Assembly (NCBI RefSeq): GCF_018977255.1
Contig: NW_024704749.1
Span: forward strand, 12,896,001 to 12,960,000
Reading direction: 5' to 3'
Length of the DNA: 64,000 nt
From: Callorhinchus milii
Lineage: Eukaryota
The notes below the pieces were generated by a model. It had not been told where the DNA came from. It made no database searches and saw nothing but the letters and a program-made list of their open reading frames with translations. Of this stretch, positions 55,199 through 64,000 are shown one piece after another. Within the stretch, counting starts at the first letter, position 1. Each line of letters begins with the position of its first letter. The position numbers were made by a program, and so were the translations under genes.

Positions 55199-55574
55199 CT
55201 GAACTCAGCTAAACATAAAAGGTAGTTGACAGGAAAATCAATTACTACCAACAAGATTTGATTATCTTATAGAATTATTTTCTAAGGCAATATGTGAAAT
55301 CCTCAGACAAGATCAATTGAGCAGATTTTTTACCATCTTAATGGATCTATTCCACGAACTGACAGCCTGTGACAATCTGAATGTAATTTACCAAATACCT
55401 AACTATCTAAACCATCTCTAATCAGAATAACTGAACGCTAGTGTGAGAGACATGATGTGGCGCTGACAAAAGCCTTCTGTTCCTGCAGAATGGATAGGAA
55501 GTTCTTCCTACTTGATCTATTACGACAGAATTCTCAGGTTTCAACAGAAACCAATCAATGTGCCACCATATTAC

Positions 55575-55737
55575 CTGCGACATCACCTCCAGGGACCAGC
55601 TATCTGCCATGGTGATGGGCTGCGTGGGGTTGGTGGGAATTTTACTGTCTTTCTCTGATGGCCGCAAAAGCGTGGGTCCAAAGACAGTAGCCAGATTATG
55701 TAATGACATCTTGTTGATATGCTCTTTCTCTGCAATC
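55575..55737 (-). CDS. BCR: BCR exon: (R)[54 protein letters not shown]
   Basis: 163 bp, phase 2-0, RhoGAP motif [16 protein letters not shown]. Confidence 0.97.
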
Positions 55738-56964
55738 CTGCATAAGTGACAAAAGAATGAAACAGATGTTAAAGTCCCAATGTTGGGGTTGAGCCCACAT
55801 CCTTCTGACTCAAGGGCTTGAGTGCGACCAACTGAGCCAGGCTGTGATTGATACCATGAGTAGTCCAGCGCTATCCTTTTTTTTGGTGAGTGAGTGAGGT
55901 TAGACTGTTCACCCCCATTAAGCCCGGCCTGAGCCTAGTGACCATGGGCTTCCAGTATTTCCCCTTCCTCTGTGTGAAGGCAGATCACAATCTTTGCGTG
56001 TCTGCGCGCGTAGATTGCAGTCTTTGCGTGTGTGCAAAGAGTGTGTGTATAGATCTCAGTGAGTGTGCTGCAATACCGAACCCAACCCACAAAGGGCAGA
56101 CCTGTAGCTGAAGCCAGGAGCTCAATCCTCTCTCTCCATGTCTAGTTCTGGATGAGATAGGGTCATGGTAACAACACAAGCTAATGTCAACAGGAGATGA
56201 GCATTCCCAGCTTTGCTTTAGCTCAAAGAGTAACTGATGTGAACAGAAACTACACTTGATCTTAGACAAAAGGTCGAGAAGCGATGCACTTATCTTGAAC
56301 CTGTTAATATTGACATCCTGCATGTGTCAATAAAGATGTGAAGTCCCGTGTCTCTCCCTGTATAGGAACACGTTAAACTTACCGTGTATGTAGACATCAA
56401 CATAAATACCCACATGCTTATATCGATAAATTTTAAGTGCCAAACAGAATTAAGTACATTGTGTTCTTACTGCTTATGTCAACAGGCTCTTAAGCTCAAG
56501 TGAGTCAGTGCATTGACTAAAGGTGAATTTCAATGTAAATAAATATAATCAAGCATATTTAAGAAAAGAAAATGAAAAACGTATGTAATACAATGGCCGA
56601 ACAGCCTTCTGCACTGTAAATGTCTACATATATACATAACGCCTTTCACACCAGATGGCATCTCGGAGCGCTTGAAGGTATACATTATAAATTCACCCAC
56701 AAAATATACATTCAACTCACTTTACAGTATAACCTGTGAAGCATTTTGAGACGTCTTGAAGACGTGATGAGGCGCTTCATCAAATGCAAGGATTATTATA
56801 ATAAAATTGTCAATTTCAGGTATAAAAGGATTGGGCATAATTGACCATACTCTGAAATGTGAAGCAGTTGTCAACAACAAACATCAAAACTCACTTGCAG
56901 TGCTCTCAGCTCTGGGGCAGAATGTAGTGACAGAGGAACAGAGGAGATATTTGCTCTGACTCAC

Positions 56965-57070
56965 CTCTTCAAGTGATCCAGTAGGAACAGGAAGGTGATG
57001 AGATTAGGTTCTGGCAATGATAGCAGCAGATTCAGCATACAGCTTTCTTTAGCAACTGGATCAGACAGTG
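56965..57070 (-). CDS. BCR: BCR exon: (A)[34 protein letters not shown]
   Basis: 106 bp, phase 1-2, cccAG acceptor and GTGAGT donor. Confidence 0.96.
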
Positions 57071-57942
57071 CTGGGAAATAAACGGCAACACAAATCTCAT
57101 GTCACATCTTTCACTTCAATACTCTGCATTCAAGCCACAGTGGACCTCAATATAACTAACAAAAAACAACAGCATGTACAAACCCAGCAGAAGTGACACA
57201 CCAACACTGGTGACCAGTCACCTTATAGTGAATCTGAATTACATCATCTCAATGATCAGTGTTCTATAATTTTAAAGAATTTCCCTCTTTCTATAATCCC
57301 TCTTTTCACCTAATTTTCCAACTTTGGTGGTGCCAAAGCTAATCTTATGAATTGAAACTACAAAGCCACTTAAGAATTTCATCATTCAAATAAAAAGATT
57401 TAATTCTACAATACAATCCATATTTTAACCCTGACTCTGACTTGAAAGCAGTAGAATGACAGATGTTGCACTCATGCCTGAGAGGTGTGGGACACACAGC
57501 CGCATGACCTTTCCTCACAAAGTCCACAGAAATGCTGTTCAGTTACTGAGCGGCAATGATGTGTGTGCGATGCAGCAACCTATGTGCTCTCACTGTTGGA
57601 AATTGGTCAAAGAGAGTAGCTTTAATGACAATGGGGGAAAATAACAAGTTATTCCTAAATAATTTTTATGAGGAAGATCAAAAGGATTGACAGTGCATGT
57701 CAGCTGGCTCAGTGATAGCACACTCACCTCTGAGTTCAAGCTACACATTGGGACTTGAACCCACAAGTCTAAGATAGATGTCGCTTCAATCAGTACCGGG
57801 GGGGGGGGATTATTCACCACACTTTGTGCTTGTCATGTTTTCCCACAAATACACAGTCACTCCTGTATATATGCTGTGAAGAGCTGTGGGATGTCTTCCC
57901 GACATGAAAGGTGCTATATCAATTGCAAGGATTATTATAAGT

Positions 57943-58357
57943 AACAACAACAACAACAAGATTCCATTTATAAAGCACCTTTCACGTCAGGAGGACGTCC
58001 CAAGGCGCTGCACAGTTGGGTCATGACCCGAACAGGGGGGAGATGGTCAGGGTGAGGGGAGGGAAGGGAGGGAGCGAGGAGGGGGGAAATGGTCAGGGTG
58101 AGGGGAGGGAAGGGAGGGAGCGAGGAGGGGGAAGAGAGTTGAGAGGGGAGCTGAAGGCTCGGTCAAAGAGAAAGGTTTTGAGACCGGCCTTGAAGGAGGA
58201 GAGGGAGGAAGCGGCGAAGGCACTGGGGGATAGAGTTCCAGAGCCCAGGGGCTGAGAGGCTGAAAGCCCGACCACCGATGGTAGGGCGATTGGGGCGGGG
58301 GTCGTGGAGCAGACCGGAGCCGGAGGAACGGAGGGTACGGGCAGGTAGGTAGGGGGA
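57943..58357 (-). mobile_element. L2 3' fragment, tail-to-tail with a plus-strand SINE relic (about 57700-57940)
   Basis: Near-identical to 13834-14240. Confidence 0.92.
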
Positions 58358-58403
58358 AATGGAATATTGCACTGAAGCAAGACAGCTACATTTGTAAATT
58401 TAC

Positions 58404-58538
58404 CAATGCCCTCAGCAAAGTTAGGGTAAAACTCATCTGTGAAGAGGGGCGCAGGCAGCTCTCGGAAATAAAGCTTCAGGGTCCCTGCGATGGCATTCAC
58501 ATCCATTTCACTCATCATTATGGAAACATCTTTATTAT
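58404..58538 (-). CDS. BCR: BCR exon: (N)[44 protein letters not shown]
   Basis: 135 bp, phase 1-1, RhoGAP motif LKLYFRELP. Confidence 0.97.
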
Positions 58539-59211
58539 CTGTAAGCAGAAAAAAGTTTCCAAAAGCATTAAATGGCAATCAGAATACTATATTACAATTT
58601 TTAAATTGTACGAATTATTTTTTCTGAGTGGGTCTGCACCAAGTACTAGGAAGCACAGATCGAATGTATCTACCATCCATATCTCACAGAATTTTCACAC
58701 TCGTTGATTCAGCTCAGAAACTCCCCATCAGATGGAGACCCGAAACATACTCAGACACATTGCACCAGCCCAAAGTCAATACTAATAAATCAACTCAAAC
58801 TGATATGAAATTTATTCTGTAAAACTGGCCCCACTTTAAGCCTGGATTTGAAGGGTTAACGGTAAGTCTATAAACACAGGGGTTAGAGTACATTACACTG
58901 GAGGAAAATCCCTCCCACTCACCCTGACACACCAGCTCAGTTAGGAGATGGATGGTGCTGCACCCATGTATTTTTTTTAAAAAGTAGATCACTATTTGGA
59001 TTCTACATTTGAAGTTAAACCTTCAAATACACAAAAAGCTCTGCATGAGTAGTAGAGTGTGATAATCAAATGAAATAGCTCTAAGAGTAGGCAAATTAAC
59101 AAGTTTATTTCCAAGAATGCCAACTCCTACTATGTGATAGTAACCTAACTGTTAGCTTGACTGTTAGTACTTCAAAACCATTGTTAATTACTGGTGACAG
59201 TAAATCATGAA

Positions 59212-59560
59212 TTACAACAACAACAAAATTACATTTATAGAGCACCTTTCACGTTGGGAGGATGTCCCAAGGCACTGGACAGTCAGGGGTCAGGACCTAA
59301 GCATGGGGAAGGGATGGGGTAGGCGTGAGGGAAGGCAGAGAGATGGGAGGGCGACTGAAGGCACGATCGAAGAGGAGGGTCTTGAGATCGACCTTGAAGG
59401 AGGCAAGGGAGGAAGTGAGGCGAAGGGACTGTGGGATGGAGTTCCAGAGTGTGGGGACAGAGAGGCTGAAAGCTTGGCCACTGATGGTAGGGTGGGTCGG
59501 GGGGAGACATGGAGCAGGCTGGAGCCCGCTGAACATAGGGAGCGGGTAGGTTGGTAGGAA
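59212..59560 (-). mobile_element. L2 3' fragment (older)
   Basis: [18 protein letters not shown]...[14 protein letters not shown] followed by the tail. Confidence 0.87.
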
Positions 59561-59582
59561 ACAACAGAGGGAGAGCACTTAC

Positions 59583-59722
59583 TGGCATCAAACGCAGCTT
59601 TAAGGGCCTGAATATCTGTTGCAACTCCTGATACTCGATAGATCCCAACTTCCTCCATTCCACGTCTCTCAATCTCTTCCACACATTGTCGTACAATGTA
59701 AGGCACCTTGGACCTTTCACGC
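59583..59722 (-). CDS. BCR: BCR exon: (K)[46 protein letters not shown]
   Basis: 140 bp, phase 2-1, GAP arginine finger GIYRVSG. Confidence 0.97.
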
Positions 59723-60209
59723 CTGGAGGAACAAGTAAGAGAAATCTACCAAAGAACATTTTTCAAATTTTTCCCTGTAACATCAAGAACAATAGAAATA
59801 CAGCACATATAAAATCATCTGAAAGACTGAGAAAAGGTACTGGGAAGATGCAGAACAGAAAGAAGAGGGTAGTTTTGGTCACACCACTTCCCATCCTTCA
59901 TAGTCTTCACAAAATGTGATTCAGTCAAATCTGCCCATTCCCAATGCTAACTTGCTCCATATGTATGTAGATGACACACAATTCTACATTTCAACTTCTA
60001 CTCGATTCCAGGATCACTGATGTCTGACAGGCAAGTGGACAGAACAAGGTCTGGATAAGCCTCGATTCTGATTAACTCAGTCCCGAAAGGTGTGAAACAA
60101 GTCTAGTTATATCCAATGGAGATAGTGTTACTCAAAGTCAGTTTTATTTTTGGGTATTATTATAGTGACAGTTTGCCATTTTATAGTTGACACGACACAA
60201 GGTACTCAC

Positions 60210-60319
60210 TTGGTTACTATCGCAATCTTTACCCCAAACACCCCAGTCTGTTTCCGGGATGGCATTCGTTTCAAGCTGAATTCACGACTGGTGAACTTCA
60301 TCGACAGTTTCACCTCAAT
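60210..60319 (-). CDS. BCR: BCR exon: [36 protein letters not shown]
   Basis: 110 bp, phase 0-2, tgcAG acceptor and GTGAGT donor. Confidence 0.96.
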
Positions 60320-61178
60320 CTGCAGAGAAAGAAACTAAAATCTGAACTTTCTGACTAACCTAATGTGAATCAGTACCACACATCCATGTGATGTCAGTGA
60401 GGAAGATGAGGCCAAACATAACTCTAAAATGATGGTTTAAAATCAGCAGTGTTTAAGTTCAGAGATCCAATTATGTGGTAGTTGAATGGCACATTGATAG
60501 ATTGATAGAAAATCCCTGTAATTTCACCCCTGCATTCAACCCAGCTAGTGGGATAACTCTTTACAGTATGCAGTGACGTAATGTGCAAAGAGTTTGGGAA
60601 ATCTCACCAAATTACCATTTTTAACCAAATCAATTTTGTGGATCATTCTGAAAGCTTCAGTTGGGCTTCCCGCAGCCTCAATTGCGCCAATCTCCTTAAT
60701 CTTTCTTCATAATTGGACCAGGAGTGTAACAGTAACAGCAACAGCAAAGGTAAGGTACACAAAACTGAGTTAAAATACCATGAGTCGACTGTTCATGAAA
60801 GATTGTTATATTAAAACACCATCCTAGAGTCTCTGCCGTTCATTCCCTCACTCCGGCCAGGGTTTGTCTCAAGACATACTGCGCTGTCTCCTCCCCACCC
60901 CCAGCTTAGGTGCCAAGTCAGTACTGTTGCATCCTTCTGATGTAAGGTGAATAAATACAAAGATAAATTTGTATTGTAGAGTAAAATTAAGTTCTTGGTC
61001 ATCAAAAATAATTTAATGACTATGCCTCCCCAAAACTATTGTATCCATTAATGTATCACTGAAATCAAACACTGGAACAAGAGGTAAGCACATTGCTCTA
61101 TCTAGTCCAGACTGATTAGATAAAAATCTCTTGGAGGATTGTAAATGGAATAAGCTTATGTTTTAGTAACCTTGCTTT

Positions 61179-61536
61179 TGGAGCACTTTGAGAGGATCTG
61201 ATGATCTAACCTTGATGATCTAACTAAGGAGACCCAGCACAGAAGCTGTTCCTCAGCCTCGCTGGAAATAACTTTTCCCTATTTCCCCCATCAAACCCAT
61301 TCATAATTATGTACTGCTCAATCTCTGCTCCAATGAAAACAAGCCCAGCCTCTCCAATAATAATAATCTCTCATCACTGGAGCCCGTCATCCCTGAAATA
61401 ATTTTCGTAAACCTTTAAGACCTTAACATCTTTCCTGAACTGAAGAAATAATAGATCTATAATTTGCAGATGTCGGACTAGTTCAGTGGCCTCTACATCA
61501 GGAGGTTAGATCATCAGATCCTCTCAAAGTGCTCCA
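61179..61536. repeat. Perfect 34-bp inverted repeat (61179-61212 and 61503-61536)
   Basis: tggagcactttgagaggatctgatgatctaacct and its exact reverse complement. Confidence 0.9.
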
Positions 61537-61835
61537 CAGTAATTATTGTTAAGTGTAGTTACTGTGTATTTTGCAGGTTAACACAGCTGCAAACTTACAC
61601 ACAGCATTGTCCCCCAAACAGCCACGGAATGAAGGACAAAATTTATCTGAAGGATCGTTTGTCAGCCTGATGGCTCGGAGGTTAGTGTCACTCCAGTCAA
61701 CCAATGATAAACAACTCCATTCAAAAAAAACAGTTGTACAGCCATTAGAGAAATCATTGATTTTTTTTCCTTAGTTTGAACCAATTCATCCACTCACCAA
61801 CTGTTTAGTTTTCAAAATAGATTCTAATCTCACCA

Positions 61836-62012
61836 TAATAATAATAATCCTTGCATTTGATATAGTGCTTTTCACGTCGGGAGGACGTCCCAAAGCGCTT
61901 CACAGAACACACTGTAAAGTGAATTGACTGTATATTTGTGGGCGAACGCGGCAGCCAATTGCGCACAGCAATGTCCCACAATCAGTCGTAACCACTGAGC
62001 TACAGGACTCCA
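61836..62012 (-). mobile_element. Internally deleted young SINE (first ~22 nt of the head fused to the 3' half)
   Basis: ggagtcctgtagctcagtggtta is joined directly to cgactgattgtgggacattgc and the tail. Confidence 0.87.
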
Positions 62013-62108
62013 CCATATAATTCAGTTTGATTATATTTGATATGAGAAACACACCCCCTTTACTTGGATCTGCAACATAAATGCAGGTACATCTGTGAAG
62101 CTACTTAC

Positions 62109-62168
62109 ACCATTCATTGCAATAACTGTTCTCTGCCAGTCCTTGTCCTGCAACGCTTGTGGCTCCAG
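62109..62168 (-). CDS. BCR: BCR exon: LEPQALQDKDWQRTVIAMNG
   Basis: 60 bp, phase 0-0, tgtAG acceptor and GTAAGT donor. Confidence 0.95.
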
Positions 62169-62676
62169 CTACAAAATAGAATCAACTTTAGTTAGCACAG
62201 AGCCTGACAAATAAAGCCAGAGAAAAGTGACAACCTAAGCATCCTCATTAGCCACTGTTTATTTCAGTGCTTCTTGCTCTGAGAGACTAGCAGAGGTTTT
62301 AGGGAGGTAGTGATTTGATCTAGTGACAGATACCAATTCTTCATCTGTATATCAGCTGAATAAAACTGGCAGTGAAAGCAGGAAATTCCCAGTAATAGTA
62401 CTGGTAAAGGTACAATCCAACTAAATCCTGGATCAACCTGCACAAATTGCCCGAGCCCTTAATACATTTAAACACTCAGCCACAAGCACAGACAAATCAA
62501 AATGTGCAAGGACTTCATTAATTCTACACCTGTTTATAATATTTCAATTAAACAAAATAATAAAAGCATATTACAAGAAACTCTGTATCAAGATGATTAA
62601 TACTCGTCACAATTCCAATAATCTGTCATTTTGCTGAAAGAATTCCATTTCAGTTGTAGCAAAGCAACAGTCCCAC

Positions 62677-62808
62677 CTGAATCTGTCCTTTGCCCATGAT
62701 TTTATCAGTTATTTCAGCATCATCTTTGGTGAGTTTGGTTTTGTTATAGCATTTTTCATAGCAAAGAATTCTGAGAGTCTGTGATCCTTCCAGTTCTATT
62801 TCAAATTC
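62677..62808 (-). CDS. BCR: BCR exon: [44 protein letters not shown] (C2 domain)
   Basis: 132 bp, phase 0-0. Confidence 0.96.
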
Positions 62809-63145
62809 CTGTAAACAAAATTAGAAAGAATAACTAGAAGCAGAAATAGTGCACAGCAAATGCAGGTAAGAGACAAATGGCAACATTTCCAACTATCATG
62901 GTGAAATGCTAATCTATTCTAACCTGAAGTCAGAGCTCAACTCATACCAGGCAGCAGTTTTAATAACTGAATTCTGCAGAGCCAACCTGAGCAACATTGA
63001 CAGAAGCTCACCTCCCTGAACATGGTTAAAAAACTGAATAAAATACAAAATTTCTAAGTAAAATTGCACTTTCCACTAAAATCAACAGGATTACAGGTAC
63101 ATTTCTAGATGTGCAGGGTTTTAATTTAATCACCTGAAGACTCAC

Positions 63146-63243
63146 CTCATTCCAGTTTGGTTCAGTTGTGTCTCTGTAGACTCTCGTCTTTGCCTTGTTA
63201 ACAAAGTACCCGAATGAATCTACTTCTAACGTACAGTATAAAT
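63146..63243 (-). CDS. BCR: BCR exon: [32 protein letters not shown] (C2 domain); upstream exons lie beyond the window
   Basis: 98 bp, phase 1-0, tttacAG acceptor and GTGAGT donor. Confidence 0.96.
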
Positions 63244-63671
63244 CTGTAAAATAGTTTCAAAATAAGAAGAGCAAACATAAGTTCAAAATTAGAAAAAACT
63301 GAAATGATTTTTTTAAAATGAAAACTAAACTTCTAAAAAAGGGCAACTCTTATTCACATCTCAAAGCCAGTCTTCACTGGACCGCACAGGCTCATCACCA
63401 AGATGAAGATTTCTAGGACAAAATGTCATAAGGAGCTGTGGGATTTATATTGCAAAAGTCATAATCAGAATTTACCATGGAATATCGACCATACCTTGTA
63501 GCTCCTCATCTTGGATTTTCTTTATAACTCACAGTAGGTAAGTGAAATTACACAGCAAAAAATCTAATTTTAGCGGACATTAAATTAATGCATGTATTGG
63601 GAAATGCTTTTTAGCGTTGGCTATCCTGAACTGTGACATTTTCATATGATGCAAAATCCATATCCTGTTGT

Positions 63672-64000
63672 CAACAACAACAACAAACTACATTTGTACA
63701 GAGCCTTTCATGTCAGGAGGACAATCCAAGGCGCTGGATAGTCAGGAATCTGCACCCGAGGTGGTGGTTGGTTGGGATCTGGAGGGGTGGAAGTTGGGGA
63801 GGGTAGGGGTAGGAGGGTCCCCGAAGCAACGGACGAACAACAACAACGATTGCATTTATAGAGCACCTTTCACATCGGGAGGACGTTCCAAGGCGCTGGA
63901 CAGTTAGGTCAGGACCCGAGCAGGGGGGAAATGGTCAGGGTGAGGGGAGGGAAGGGAGGGAGTGAGTGAGGAGGGGGTAGAGAGTTGAGAGGGGAGGTGA
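63672..64000 (-). mobile_element. Two tandem L2 3' ends (about 63672-63830 and 63836 to the window edge)
   Basis: Two (caa)n plus stem-loop tails, each followed by a G-rich body. Confidence 0.85.

Noticed and set aside
54437-63243. ABR or SPECC1 paralog assignment
   Set aside because: The terminal KRQSILFSTEV and the MKKASRS / YKYFET sequences with their exon sizes fit BCR and SPECC1L better, judged from recalled sequences. A phylogeny would confirm this.

Overview
This is vertebrate genomic DNA, not prokaryotic. The repeat landscape (CR1 and L2 LINEs plus tRNA-headed Deu-type SINEs) points to a cartilaginous fish, possibly a chimaera such as the elephant shark (inference). Two spliced genes lie in tandem on the minus strand. 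(1) The 3' end of BCR: 9 coding exons from 63243 to the stop at 54437, encoding the C2 domain, the RhoGAP domain and a C-terminal STEV PDZ ligand, with a 3' UTR running to about 50560. (2) A complete SPECC1L (cytospin-A) coding region: 15 exons from the ATG at 46682 to the stop at 9979. All junctions are GT-AG and phase-compatible, giving 3375 nt or 1124 aa. A CpG-island promoter and non-coding first exon sit near 48.4-48.6 kb, between a 23-bp minisatellite, a G4-prone 24-bp repeat and a 1.1-kb CA-rich tract. I see no new multi-gene system. The most unusual items are: a composite L2 insertion that captured an inverted 206-bp copy of nearby intron DNA; a SINE/L2 pair sharing a 3' stem-loop; a sense-orientation bias and recurrent truncation point among L2 copies; inverted near-identical SINEs bracketing two CH-domain exons; an overlapping uORF at the SPECC1L start; and a candidate unannotated exon.
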